This document shows, piece by piece, positions 10,344 to 19,918 of a stretch of DNA of 64,000 bases. Location: positions 1 to 64,000 of IMG/VR virus record IMGVR_UViG_3300020583_000224; one strand, given 5' to 3'. Below the pieces are notes generated by a model, which was not told the DNA's origin, searched no databases, and was given only the letters and a program-made list of their open reading frames with translations. The position numbers and the translations under genes were made by a program. The stretch comes from a virus. Numbering within the stretch: position 1 is the first letter of the stretch; every line of letters begins with the position of its first letter.

Positions 10344-10375
10344 CGTCCCGCTGCCCATGTAGCCTCACGGCATCG

Positions 10376-10423
10376 CGCCTGCTTTCTCTCGGTCTCAGGA
10401 TCGAGAGAAAGCAGGCGGCTTTT
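10376..10423 (+). terminator. intrinsic terminator of the late operon
   Basis: 16-bp stem CGCCTGCTTTCTCTCG/CGAGAGAAAGCAGGCG followed by GCTTTT. Confidence 0.8.
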
Positions 10424-10523
10424 CGTCGTTTCCACAACGATGCGCCCCGATCTCCATGCCGCAGCCGTACAAGGTCAGTACGCTGCACCTACCTACCAAC
10501 CACCACCTGACCGGGGCGAACTG

Positions 10524-11954
10524 ATGGCCTACCCGCAGAAATTCGGCAAAGTCTGGTACGTCTACGTCAACCTCCCCGGACGCACGACCCCGAAGTGCAT
10601 CTCCCGAGACCCGGAGACGGGCACCCAGTGGACGACGAAAACCGCCGCACGCGAGTGGGGCCGGGAGTACGAGGCGAAGGCGAAGAAACCACAGTGGGTC
10701 GATCCGGAGCGCGGCCTGACCACCTGGGACCAACTGTGGGAGAAGTGGAACCCGCACGGCGAGGGCGACCTCGTCACGTCCGTCGATGACCGCACCGCCG
10801 ATGACTACACCGACCTGTACGAGTGCCACATCAGCCCGCGCTACGGCGGAAAGCCGATCGGGGAGACGCTGTCCACGGAGGTCGACGGCTGGCTGGCCAA
10901 AATGCGCGCCGGCACAGTGGAGACCGGACGCAAGGACCGGCGGCGTACCTACAAGTACTCGCCGCGCACCACGAACGCGATCCGGACGCTGATGAACACG
11001 ATGCTCACGGACGCTGTGGAAGCCCAACTGCTCAAGACCAACCCGCTCTACACCCAGCGCAACCGGGGCACGCGCGGCAAGCGCGTGGACCGCGTGCAGC
11101 CGGAGGTGCGGCCCAAGCTCGGCGTGACCCCGGAGCAGGCGCTGGCCGCGGCCGTGAACATCCACCACGTCGTCGGGCCGGGCACGGTCGCCGGGATGGG
11201 CGCGTTCCTGCGCGTTCTGACGGCGGGCTGGTCCGGGGCGAGGCCGGGGGAGACCGCAGCGCTCGACGCGGGCGACTGCCGGGTCGCGACGACACTGCCG
11301 ACACTGTGCGTCGATGACGAGGCGGGCAACCTGGAAGAGCGCACCGGGCAGGTGCCGCGGCTGAAGAACCCCAAGTCCGGCAAGGGCCGGGACCTGGTCA
11401 TCCCGCAGGGCCTCGCGGCGCTGCTGCTCGCCTGGATCGAATACCTAGACGGGCAGCCGAAGTATCCGGACGGCATCATGTTCCCGGACCATGAGGGCGA
11501 GCGGTGGAAGCGGCGGTATTGGAGCCGCCGGTGGAACAAGGCGGCTGAGGGCGGGATGCTGGCGCTGCGCGGCTCGAACCAGTGGGTGGTCGCTGGCGAG
11601 TACGTGCTCGAACGGGCGCAGCCGGGGCTCGAGTTCAAGGGGCTGCGGCGCGGCTGGAACGTGTGGGCCACGGAGCGGCAGATCCCGGAGATCGCGCGCG
11701 TGCACCAGCTCGGGCATGCGATGAACGACGAGATGCAGGCGACCTACTCGCAGATGTCCGCCGTCCTCGAGGCGCAGATGCGTTCGGCGTTCCAGGACGC
11801 GTGGACGGAGGCGTTCCGCGGCTATGCGGGGATTGCGGCGCTTGGGATCGTCGCGCAGTTCTCTCGGGGCGCCGCGGGCGACACGGTCCGGGGGGTGCTT
11901 CCGATGCAGCTCCGGGCGCTGCCGGGGTCATGGCCGTTCATAGGGATTTCATAG
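10524..11954 (+). CDS. int: tyrosine integrase
   Basis: GARPGE (R), PKSG (K), KGLRR, QLGH, TYS (Y); adjacent to the att core. Confidence 0.85.
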   Translation: MAYPQKFGKVWYVYVNLPGRTTPKCISRDPETGTQWTTKTAAREWGREYEAKAKKPQWVDPERGLTTWDQLWEKWNPHGEGDLVTSVDDRTADDYTDLYECHISPRYGGKPIGETLSTEVDGWLAKMRAGTVETGRKDRRRTYKYSPRTTNAIRTLMNTMLTDAVEAQLLKTNPLYTQRNRGTRGKRVDRVQPEVRPKLGVTPEQALAAAVNIHHVVGPGTVAGMGAFLRVLTAGWSGARPGETAALDAGDCRVATTLPTLCVDDEAGNLEERTGQVPRLKNPKSGKGRDLVIPQGLAALLLAWIEYLDGQPKYPDGIMFPDHEGERWKRRYWSRRWNKAAEGGMLALRGSNQWVVAGEYVLERAQPGLEFKGLRRGWNVWATERQIPEIARVHQLGHAMNDEMQATYSQMSAVLEAQMRSAFQDAWTEAFRGYAGIAALGIVAQFSRGAAGDTVRGVLPMQLRALPGSWPFIGIS

Positions 11955-12227
11955 GTCAGCGATTCGAAGACCAGGGAACACCGGGGTCGACGGTGGAAAA
12001 CCGTGGAAGACTATGAAGCTGCCACCGTGCGGTTTCCCGGAAAGCCGCAGGTCATGGCCTATGCTATGGCCTGACTGGGGGTCAGGGGGTCGTCGGTTCA
12101 AGTCCGTCCAGCCCGACGGCGAATGGCGAGAGATCGCCGGTCGTAGCTGCAGGTCAGAGGGTCGGGGCGCCCCACCGGTTAAATCCGGTGGGGCGCCCTG
12201 TTTTTCGCCCGGTCCGCCGTTCATAGG
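11933..12227 (+). mobile_element. attP: core is the 3' half of tRNA-Pro(GGG) (about 12070-12117), with arm-type repeats
   Basis: CCTGA-CTGGGGG-TCAGG anticodon arm, GTTCAAGTC T-loop, CAGCCCGA acceptor strand; GCCGTTCATAGG at 11933 and 12216. Confidence 0.85.
12165..12205 (+). terminator. terminator downstream of the att core
   Basis: 14-bp perfect stem GGGCGCCCCACCGG/CCGGTGGGGCGCCC followed by TGTTTTT. Confidence 0.8.
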
Positions 12228-12257
12228 ATTCTCCTAGATCAGATCCAACAGGCGCGA

Positions 12258-12968
12258 CTACTCGGGCTCGGAACCTGTGGGCGGGAGATCGGTCACCAGG
12301 CGCAGCGGGACGTACCGGCTCTGCCCGCTGCGGCGCATTTGGCGCGCGTCGAGTTCGGTGAGGAACGCGTCCGAGAGCCTGGCGATCTGCGCGGTGTCGG
12401 AGCCGAGGAGTTCGTCGATCTGCTCGTCCTGCGCGGCCATGGTCTTATGGGCGGCGCGTATCCCGGCGGTGAATGCGGCCCGGACGTCGCGTTCGTACAC
12501 GGCGCGTTCCTCCTGCCGGGCGGCGGCGACTGCGGCGCGCTGGCGGGTGAGGCTGTCGGCGGCGTTGGCCATGTGGATGGCGAGCGCTTCGGGGATGATG
12601 AGACCGAACGCTGCTGTAATGGGGGCGGCCTGCAACTGTCCGGCGCCGATCAGGGCGGTGAGCATGATTGCGACAGCGGCGAGGGCGATGGCTGCCGTGA
12701 GGCATCTGCCGGGTGTCAGGGTGCAGCCGAACAGGCGCGCGGCGAGGATCGGGACGCCGAGGCAGCCGGTTCCGATGAGCCAGCATTCGATGAGGGTGAA
12801 ACTCATGATGCTGAGGGGGGCGCCGTGGGTGTAGAGGACGAGGGTCGCGACCGCGGCTATCCATAGGGCGATTCCGAACATCCCGGCGTGGCGCGGCTCG
12901 ATACTGAGATACCAGGCCGCGACGCCGCGCTGGTCCGCTCGGTCGGCGCCCTCATCGGTGACAGTCAT
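12258..12968 (-). CDS. membrane protein downstream of the repressor (possible lysogeny/exclusion factor)
   Basis: 4 hydrophobic segments plus coiled coil; same strand as the repressor. Confidence 0.55.
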   Translation of the reverse strand: MTVTDEGADRADQRGVAAWYLSIEPRHAGMFGIALWIAAVATLVLYTHGAPLSIMSFTLIECWLIGTGCLGVPILAARLFGCTLTPGRCLTAAIALAAVAIMLTALIGAGQLQAAPITAAFGLIIPEALAIHMANAADSLTRQRAAVAAARQEERAVYERDVRAAFTAGIRAAHKTMAAQDEQIDELLGSDTAQIARLSDAFLTELDARQMRRSGQSRYVPLRLVTDLPPTGSEPE

Positions 12969-13106
12969 CGAACATACTCCCCAAGGCGTGCGCGGGTAGC
13001 CCGCGCACGCCCCGAAATGCCCACCGCGCGCCGGGCGCTGTACCCCGAAGAGTAGCGCCAGACCAGGGAAAAGGAGACAGGTTCACTCCAATGAGGGAGC
13101 GCGTGA

Positions 13107-13721
13107 TTACGATGCGCTCTGTGCGCCGTTCGTTCTGCCGTTACCCGTGCGCCGCCGTGTCGTCGTTTCGCGGTCGCGCTGGGCCCACTCGCGGATCTCG
13201 CGGAGCAGGCCCTGCTCGAACGCTGCGACCTCCTCAGGGGTCATACCCTCGGTGAGTTCGCGCGCTTCGACGATGGCTTGTTCGAGGGCGTCGTGGGTGA
13301 AGCCTCCGGGTCCGGTGACGGATTCGATGTAGTCGGCGTCCTTGTCGTGTCCGGCTGCTCGCAGGAGCGCGGGTGCGGGGATGTCTTCTGCGGCGGCGAT
13401 GTAGGCGACGGTCTCGGGGTCTGGGTGGGTGTCGAGGGTGTCGGCGAGGGTGTGGTGTCCTGCCGCGCGCAGGGCCTCGAGTGGGTCGCGGCCGAGGATG
13501 CGGGCGATGACGACGGCGTTGGTGGGGTCTGCGGCGTTGTCTCCGGCGAGCCATTTGCTGACGGCGGTTTTTTCGAAGCGGGCGCCGGCGCGGTTGCCGA
13601 GTTCGACGAGCATCTTGATTTCCATGCCGCGCTCGGTGAGGGCGGAGCGTAGCCAGTTGCCCCAGTGTTGGGCGGTGCGGGCGAGTTCTGCCCGCCGTTG
13701 TTCGCGTGGTGGTCGGGACAT
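13107..13721 (-). CDS. immunity repressor (XRE-type HTH)
   Basis: EKTAVSKWLAG...IARILG; divergent from the Cro-like gene. Confidence 0.75.
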   Translation of the reverse strand: MSRPPREQRRAELARTAQHWGNWLRSALTERGMEIKMLVELGNRAGARFEKTAVSKWLAGDNAADPTNAVVIARILGRDPLEALRAAGHHTLADTLDTHPDPETVAYIAAAEDIPAPALLRAAGHDKDADYIESVTGPGGFTHDALEQAIVEARELTEGMTPEEVAAFEQGLLREIREWAQRDRETTTRRRTGNGRTNGAQSAS

Positions 13722-13768
13722 GGTTCCTTCTTGGTGTGTCAGTGCGTGGGGGTGGTCGAGCCAAGAGG

Positions 13769-14006
13769 GTTGAATTTCTTCAACTCATCATAGGGGATGG
13801 CCAGGCCGGACGTATGCACGTACCGCACTTGGAGTGAAGCAGGCAGCCAGGGCGCCCGCCAGGGGCGCATGCCGCATCTACCCGTGCGCCCCCGCCAGCC
13901 ATGCGCCCGTTTCCCGTACGGTCGCGTCCGTAGCGCAATCGTGACCTGGGCGAGTTGAATCGAGTCAACTCAACGGATAGTGTGTGTTGTGTTGAATCAA
14001 CTCAAC
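13769..14006. promoter_or_regulatory. lysis-lysogeny switch: three operators GTTGA-N6-TCAAC
   Basis: palindromes at 13769-13784, 13954-13969 and 13991-14006. Confidence 0.75.
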
Positions 14007-14030
14007 CCCGAGCGTAAGGGAAACCCTCCC

Positions 14031-14399
14031 GTGAGCAGCCGAAAGCAGGGCACGACCGACGCGCATCGCGGCGGCCGACGCCCCCGCGTCCCCGACTGGG
14101 AGCCCACCCGACCGCCCCTGACCCGCGTCACCTACATCCCCCGGGACGGTTGGCTCGAGATCCTCGCCGGCGAGAACCCGGCACTGCTCCGCGGCGACAA
14201 GCCCATGGCCACCGTCATCAGCCAGGCCGCCGGACTCGACCGCACCACCCTCACCAGGATCATCAACGGCCAGGGCACGCTCACCCCGCAGATCGTGGAC
14301 GCGCTCACCCGCTTCCTCGAGGTCTACCGCGGCTACAGCGAAGCCGAGGCGCGCGAGGCCCTGTTCGAGCGCGTCACGACCGAGGTGGTCTCGGCATGA
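14031..14399 (+). CDS. Cro-like HTH protein
   Basis: ISQAAGLDRTTLTRIING. Confidence 0.7.
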   Translation: MSSRKQGTTDAHRGGRRPRVPDWEPTRPPLTRVTYIPRDGWLEILAGENPALLRGDKPMATVISQAAGLDRTTLTRIINGQGTLTPQIVDALTRFLEVYRGYSEAEAREALFERVTTEVVSA

Positions 14400-14710
14400 G
14401 CCCGGAAGAGATCGAGACCATCGCACTCATCGTGCGGGAAGTCGTCCAGGCCTCGAAGAGCGACCTGCCGACGGACCTCAGGCTCTACACCGCCGCGGAA
14501 GCTAGCGAGATGACCGGGCTGCCCGAGTCCTGGTTCGAGGCGAAGTCGTCCTCCGGCCACATCCCCTCGCGCAAGCCGGGCGAGAAGTACCGCCGCTACT
14601 CGCGCGCCGACATCGAAGCGGTCATCGAGTGCTGCGAGGTCAAGCCCACGTCGGGCCCGTACCTCAAGGCGTTCCGCGAGCGGGAGAAGCGCCTGGCGCA
14701 GGCGGCCTGA
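14396..14710 (+). CDS. excisionase-like (HTH_17/MerR-type)
   Basis: LYTAAEASEMTG...IPSRK...RRYSRADIE. Confidence 0.7.
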   Translation: MSPEEIETIALIVREVVQASKSDLPTDLRLYTAAEASEMTGLPESWFEAKSSSGHIPSRKPGEKYRRYSRADIEAVIECCEVKPTSGPYLKAFREREKRLAQAA

Positions 14711-14713
14711 GGC

Positions 14714-14759
14714 GAAAAAGAACGCCGCCCGCCCCGGAGGCACCCGGGAACTGGGCGGC
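14714..14759 (-). terminator. possible minus-strand terminator/hairpin
   Basis: AAAAAG followed by the GCCGCCC...GGGCGGC stem. Confidence 0.4.
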
Positions 14760-14802
14760 AGATCGACCACTAGATCCAACTGAAACGAGAAAGGTGGTCG
14801 CG

Positions 14803-15207
14803 GTGTTAACCGTAACCGCAGATCCGAGCACCGGCAAGTCAGGGTCCGTCCGTACCCGCGCCGACCTGGCGGCGATCCTGCCGCCGGACGTGGTCGCTCG
14901 CCTGGACCGTAGCGTCTGGCACGACCTGTCGTTCGTCGCGCCGCTGCGCATCCTGGCCGTGATCGACGATCCGCGCTGGCATGTCGCGGTCAGCCCGATC
15001 AGTATCGACTGGGCGTCGATCTACTCCTGGTCGCGTGCCCGGGGCGAATTGCACACGGTGCGGCTGGCGCTGGAGATCGCGGCGTCGATGTACGGCGACT
15101 CGGGCGCCCGGCCGGATATGTACTGCCTACTCCGCAGGCTGGACGCCGAGCACGGTGCCGCAGTGCTGGACGCACTGCGGCTCGCCGCCGAGGGACTGTC
15201 CTCGTGA
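14803..15207 (+). CDS. hypothetical protein
   Basis: GAAAGG RBS, overlap coupling. Confidence 0.6.
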   Translation: MLTVTADPSTGKSGSVRTRADLAAILPPDVVARLDRSVWHDLSFVAPLRILAVIDDPRWHVAVSPISIDWASIYSWSRARGELHTVRLALEIAASMYGDSGARPDMYCLLRRLDAEHGAAVLDALRLAAEGLSS

Positions 15208-15743
15208 GTGAGAACAGCGCGGAGCAGAAGCCCGTACCCAAGGGCGCCGTCGCAATCCCGGTCGGCAACTACGTCGCTCTCGTGGACGCCACAGACGGCG
15301 AACTCGTTCGTGCTTACCGATGGCGCCCCAAGGACGGCGGCAATATCCATGGCGAAAAGATCTACGCGGTCGCGCACGTAGGTGGCCGTTGCATTTGGAT
15401 GCATCGCCTCATCGCTGGCACCCCGGCCGGGCTTGAGACCGACCACGCTAACGGTGACAGCCTCGACAATCGACGAGGCAATCTGCGCCCTGCGACGCGA
15501 TCTCAGAACCTGGCGAATCGGTCGAAGCCGCGCAGGTCAACACCGTCGTCGTCGTCGTTCAAGGGCGTCTACTGGGACCGCCCATGCCGGAAGTGGCGAA
15601 CCGTAATCAGGATCGAGGGTCGTTCGAAGCACCTCGGCCGCTACGACTCCGAGATTGACGCCGCCCGCGCCTACGACGTTGCCGCCCTGGCCGCATGGGG
15701 CGAGTTCGCTAAGCCCAATTTCCCGAATGAGGTGTCCCCGTGA
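15204..15743 (+). CDS. HNH-AP2 homing endonuclease
   Basis: MHRLI...DHANGDSLDNRRGNLR plus FKGVYW...HLGRY...AARAYD. Confidence 0.9.
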   Translation: MSENSAEQKPVPKGAVAIPVGNYVALVDATDGELVRAYRWRPKDGGNIHGEKIYAVAHVGGRCIWMHRLIAGTPAGLETDHANGDSLDNRRGNLRPATRSQNLANRSKPRRSTPSSSSFKGVYWDRPCRKWRTVIRIEGRSKHLGRYDSEIDAARAYDVAALAAWGEFAKPNFPNEVSP

Positions 15744-16072
15744 CCGCCGTCGATGAGCGCGCCGCCCCCGTGGTCCCGCTGCACCGCACCCCACGCCGCA
15801 CGTCCCGCCCCGCTCCGATCTCGACGGATCTGCATGTCCGCCTCGTCGCCGAGGTGAACCGCCTGTTGGATGCGACGGACACGACGGAGAAGACGTCGGC
15901 ATACGACGCGCTGGCGTATTTCGCTGGCGCTCTGATCGGCGCGATGCCTCCGGGTGGTAGGCCGCTGTCGAAGCACGCCCTGGTCGACCTGGTGGAGCGT
16001 ACGGCGAACCGTCTGGGCTGCCCGCCTGCCGTGGCGCCCGTTGCGCGTCGCAGGTCCGGTGGTCGCTCATGA
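15740..16072 (+). CDS. hypothetical protein
   Basis: coupled ORF. Confidence 0.55.
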   Translation: MTAVDERAAPVVPLHRTPRRTSRPAPISTDLHVRLVAEVNRLLDATDTTEKTSAYDALAYFAGALIGAMPPGGRPLSKHALVDLVERTANRLGCPPAVAPVARRRSGGRS

Positions 16073-16380
16073 CCGAGCAGCGCGGAAGTTTCGTCGAGTG
16101 GCTCGCAACGAAGCAGGCCGAGCCGAAGGTCATCACTGTCCAGCGGTTCGCGTGCCAGTTCTGCCACCGCGGCCATTCCACCCGGAAGGCCGCCGAGCAG
16201 CACATCGCCCGCTGCTGGAAGAACCCGGCGTTGCGGGGCTGCAAGTCGTGCATCCACTTCGAGGCCGAGCGCGCTGAGCCCGAGGTCGGTCTCCCCGGCA
16301 GCGAACTCTGCATGGCCGACGCGATCGATCTGTCGGCCGGGCTGCGTTCCGGCTGCCCGCTATGGGAGGCGGCCTCATGA
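16069..16380 (+). CDS. Cys-rich zinc-finger protein
   Basis: CQFC...HIARCW...CKSC; paralog of 21396..21704. Confidence 0.65.
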   Translation: MTEQRGSFVEWLATKQAEPKVITVQRFACQFCHRGHSTRKAAEQHIARCWKNPALRGCKSCIHFEAERAEPEVGLPGSELCMADAIDLSAGLRSGCPLWEAAS

Positions 16381-16688
16381 CCCCCATCACCGCCGAACGC
16401 CGCCCTGGTGGCGATCTCCTCGTCACGGGCCTGCTGTCTCACTCGGACGTGCTGGACGCTCTCGCCTCGCTGCTGGTTGACCCGGAAGTCCTTGAGGCCG
16501 CAGCGAACGTCGAGAAGTGGGACCGGGCGCGCATGGATGTGCCGCCGGGTTCGCTCGAGGACGGCTTGTACGTGTCGGCGCGCTCGGATCTGGCCGCGCT
16601 GCTCGCCTCGGTGCAGGTGCGCCTGACGCGGCGTGACCTGGAGCCGCTGCTCGACGCCATCGACGCACAGAAGCTGGTGGACGCATGA
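16377..16688 (+). CDS. hypothetical protein
   Basis: coupled ORF. Confidence 0.55.
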   Translation: MTPITAERRPGGDLLVTGLLSHSDVLDALASLLVDPEVLEAAANVEKWDRARMDVPPGSLEDGLYVSARSDLAALLASVQVRLTRRDLEPLLDAIDAQKLVDA

Positions 16689-17563
16689 CCATCCTGGAAG
16701 AACGCCCTATCACCGTCACGGCTGCCGCGCCGCTGGTGCGCGTGAAGTCGCGCGGCTACTACAAGGACTCGGTGACCGGCGACCGGTACACGTCGGTGAC
16801 GACGATCATCAACCGGACGGTCGCGAAGCCGGCACTGGTGCCGTGGTCCGCGAACACGGTCGCGAAGTGCGCCATGGACAACCTGCCGTACCTGGCGCGG
16901 TCATCCCGCACGGACGCGGACCGGATCGACGCCTACGACTGGCTGCGTGGCGCGGCCGACCGGAAGAAGGAGGAGCGCGGTGACATCGGCACGGCGGTGC
17001 ACGCGCTGATCGAGAACCGGATCCTCGGCACTCCGGTGCCGCCGGAGGTCAGTCAGAACGAAGAACTCCTTCCGTACGTGGAGCACTTCGAGGCGTTCGT
17101 GCGCGAGTGGCGGGTGACGTTCACCGCCTCCGAGATGATCGTCGGGAATCTGACGCACCGGTACGCGGGGACGCTCGACTTCCTCATGTCGAGCCCGCTG
17201 ATCGCGAAGAAGCTCGACACGGACCCGGCCATCGAGATTTCCGGCGACCTGAAGACCGGTGGGGAACTCGACACCAAGCGGGGCGTGTACCCCGAGGCCT
17301 CGCTTCAGATGGCCGCTTATTCGCATGCCGAGTTCGCGCAGTTGCGTGACGGCTCGCGTGTGCCGATGCCGCCGGTCGCCGCGATGGGCGTGGTGCTGCA
17401 CCTGCGGCCGGAGGGTTACCGGCTGGTTCCGTTGAACGTCGGCCGCGACGTGTTCACGGCGTTCCTGCGGCTGCGGCAACTCGACGAGACCTGGGTGACC
17501 GGTTTGTCGAAGCACGTCATCAGTCCCGCTCTCACTCTCGAAGACGAAACGGATGTGGCCTGA
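16685..17563 (+). CDS. PD-(D/E)xK exonuclease (Cas4/RecE-like)
   Basis: SVTTII, GTAVH, YAGTLD...DLKT, LQMAAY. Confidence 0.85.
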   Translation: MTILEERPITVTAAAPLVRVKSRGYYKDSVTGDRYTSVTTIINRTVAKPALVPWSANTVAKCAMDNLPYLARSSRTDADRIDAYDWLRGAADRKKEERGDIGTAVHALIENRILGTPVPPEVSQNEELLPYVEHFEAFVREWRVTFTASEMIVGNLTHRYAGTLDFLMSSPLIAKKLDTDPAIEISGDLKTGGELDTKRGVYPEASLQMAAYSHAEFAQLRDGSRVPMPPVAAMGVVLHLRPEGYRLVPLNVGRDVFTAFLRLRQLDETWVTGLSKHVISPALTLEDETDVA

Positions 17564-18756
17564 TGCCGATCCTTGATCTCCAATTGCGCCAGCGGGAGCT
17601 GGGGCGCATCCGTATCGGCAGGAAGGCCGCCGGTAAGAGCAATCCGCAGAAGCTGGACAAGTTCCGGTTCACCTCGGCGTCCGGCGAACTGATCGAGCAC
17701 ATCGCCGCCATGTACGGCGGGACGTGCGAGCCGTGGGTGAACGACGGCCAGTCGCAGTTCGAGGTGTTCACGGCGGTGAACCGGCTGCCGATCCTGGTGC
17801 CGCCGCAGCCGATCTCGCAGTGGTATGAGATGTGGTCGGGTGGCGGCTGCCAGCGGCGCTGCGACGGGCAGAAGAACATTCTGGCCGGGGATGCGGCGTG
17901 TGCGTGCCCGGCGGACCCGCTGGACCGTGCGGAGCTCGCCGCGAAGGGTAAGGCGTGCAAGCCGACGACGCGCCTGAACGTGGTGCTGGCGGACATCCCG
18001 GGGATTGGGGTGTGGCGGCTGGAGTCGCACGGCTATCACTCGGCGGTGGAACTGCCGATGGTCGCGGAGTTCCTGGCACAGGCGACGGAGGCGGGCACGT
18101 ACCTACCTGCCGAACTGGCGTTGATGCCGCGTTCGTCGAAGCGGCCGGGTGTGGGTCGGCGCGAGTGGCTGGTGCCGGTGATCGAGGTGAAGACGACTCC
18201 GCGCGCCCTGATGGCTGGAGACGTCAACGCCCTCGGCGCGGCCAAGAGGGCTGAGATCACTGCGGCCCGTAAGGCGATTGAGCCCGCGCGGATTGACTAT
18301 GTGGCGCTCGCCAAGGACTGCACGACGCCTGCGGCGGTCACGGCCATCTGGAACGCGGCGCGCGAGGCCGGGCACCTTACCGATGAACTCAAGGCGCAGA
18401 TCGCCCCGATCGGGCAGCGGCTGCGCGAGGAGGCGGACAGGCTCGCCGCGCTCGGCCAGGGCTGCCCGTGCGGCGGCACGATCGACGAGGACGACCACGA
18501 CGAGGGCTGCCCGAACGCGCCGACCATTTTCAGGAGCGGCGCCGTGGTGGATGCCGAGATCGTCGAGCCTTCCGAGGAACTCGACCTGCTGTGGGCTTCG
18601 ATCGTCGAGAACTCGGACGGCATGGACTACAGGCAGCTCGAGCGCGAATTCGCGGCCCGGACGCACGGTCTGCATCCGCAGTCGGCGAACGCCGAGCAGT
18701 TGCGGGCGTTCCTCGCCCACCTTCAGAACACGGTGGCGGCGGGGGTGGCCCGATGA
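17563..18756 (+). CDS. Gp3-like recombination protein (RDF-like/putative annealase)
   Basis: LGRIRIG...KFRFTS...CQRRCDG...CKPTTRLNV...GVWRLESHG; paired with the exonuclease. Confidence 0.7.
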   Translation: MPILDLQLRQRELGRIRIGRKAAGKSNPQKLDKFRFTSASGELIEHIAAMYGGTCEPWVNDGQSQFEVFTAVNRLPILVPPQPISQWYEMWSGGGCQRRCDGQKNILAGDAACACPADPLDRAELAAKGKACKPTTRLNVVLADIPGIGVWRLESHGYHSAVELPMVAEFLAQATEAGTYLPAELALMPRSSKRPGVGRREWLVPVIEVKTTPRALMAGDVNALGAAKRAEITAARKAIEPARIDYVALAKDCTTPAAVTAIWNAAREAGHLTDELKAQIAPIGQRLREEADRLAALGQGCPCGGTIDEDDHDEGCPNAPTIFRSGAVVDAEIVEPSEELDLLWASIVENSDGMDYRQLEREFAARTHGLHPQSANAEQLRAFLAHLQNTVAAGVAR

Positions 18757-19556
18757 ACGCGCCGTGGCACCTGGGCCGCATGGCCGCCCTCGATTTCGAA
18801 AGTACGGACAAGATTCCGTCCACGGCCCGCATCGTCACCTGCGCCCTGATCGAGGTGGGCGGCGGCGAGCCGACTGTGCCGCGCACTTGGCTGGTCAATC
18901 CGGGTGTTCCGATGAATCCCGAGGCGATCGCGGTCCACGGGATCACGGATGAGCATGCTGCACGCTTCGGCACTCCGGCGGCGCCCAGCGTGAAGGAGAT
19001 CGCTGAGGCCGTGGCCGAACTGGTGGCCGCCGGAATCCCGCTGGTGGGCCACAATCTGGGCGGCTATGACCTGAACCTGTTGGACGCGGAGTGCGCCCGC
19101 CATGGTCTGGGTTCGCTCGAGGCTGCGTGCGGCCAGCCGCTCAGCCGCGTGATCGACACGATGGTTGTGGACCGCCATACCGCTCCGTTTCGCCGCCGCG
19201 TGTCGGAGTCGCAGGGCCCGTACCAGCTCCGCACGACGGCTGAGACGTACGGCCTGGCGTGGGACGAGGGCGCGGCCCACGGCGCGGATTACGACGCTCT
19301 TCAGGCGGCGCGCATCGCGTGGCGGATGGGCGACATCGCCCACCGGCCGGCCGAGCAGCGCCCGGACTGGGTGCGCAACCTGCGTGATGGCGGCGCACGG
19401 TTCAACCTGCTGGCGAACGTGTCGCTCGAGGAGTTGTTCGAGCGGCAGCAGGTGTGGCACCGGCAGTGGGCCGCGGACTTCCAGGAGTACCTGCGCAGGT
19501 CGAACCCGGACGCCGTGGTCAGCGGCGACTGGCCGCTTCAGGGCGGTGCCTCGTGA
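18753..19556 (+). CDS. DnaQ-like 3'-5' exonuclease
   Basis: LDFEST, VHGIT, GHN...YD, AHGADYD. Confidence 0.9.
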   Translation: MNAPWHLGRMAALDFESTDKIPSTARIVTCALIEVGGGEPTVPRTWLVNPGVPMNPEAIAVHGITDEHAARFGTPAAPSVKEIAEAVAELVAAGIPLVGHNLGGYDLNLLDAECARHGLGSLEAACGQPLSRVIDTMVVDRHTAPFRRRVSESQGPYQLRTTAETYGLAWDEGAAHGADYDALQAARIAWRMGDIAHRPAEQRPDWVRNLRDGGARFNLLANVSLEELFERQQVWHRQWAADFQEYLRRSNPDAVVSGDWPLQGGAS

Positions 19557-19918
19557 CGTGGCTCGCGCAGCATCTCCCGACCTTCCTGTGGGCGCTGGTC
19601 GCGACCGCGGTCATTCTCGTGTGTTTCCTGTGGGCGGATTGGGCGGACCGGCTTGAGGAGGCCGCGAAGAGCAAGCCGAAGCCTCCGATCACTGCGGCTG
19701 AGGTCGAGGAGTTCGGCGAGAGCACGGTGGAGCACCTCGAGGCGTACGTGAACCAGGAGGCGGAGGCGGCCCGGCTGTTTGCGGAGTACGCGAACCGGCC
19801 GATGGCGCAGCGTCCCCGGCCGGATGTGACTGACCCGGGTGAGCCGTGGCGGTTGCGCCGCGGTGCCGCGACCGATGACCAGGCCCGCTTGGTGGAGCTG
19901 GGCGATTCCGATGAGTGA
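19553..19918 (+). CDS. membrane-anchored hypothetical protein
   Basis: N-terminal TM, coupled. Confidence 0.55.
   Translation: MTWLAQHLPTFLWALVATAVILVCFLWADWADRLEEAAKSKPKPPITAAEVEEFGESTVEHLEAYVNQEAEAARLFAEYANRPMAQRPRPDVTDPGEPWRLRRGAATDDQARLVELGDSDE

Noticed and set aside
12047-12120. Complete tRNA-Pro gene
   Set aside because: The 5' acceptor strand and D-arm are absent; it is an att core.
16685-17563. Cas4/CRISPR system
   Set aside because: No array or other cas genes; it is a recombination exonuclease paired with a Gp3-like protein.
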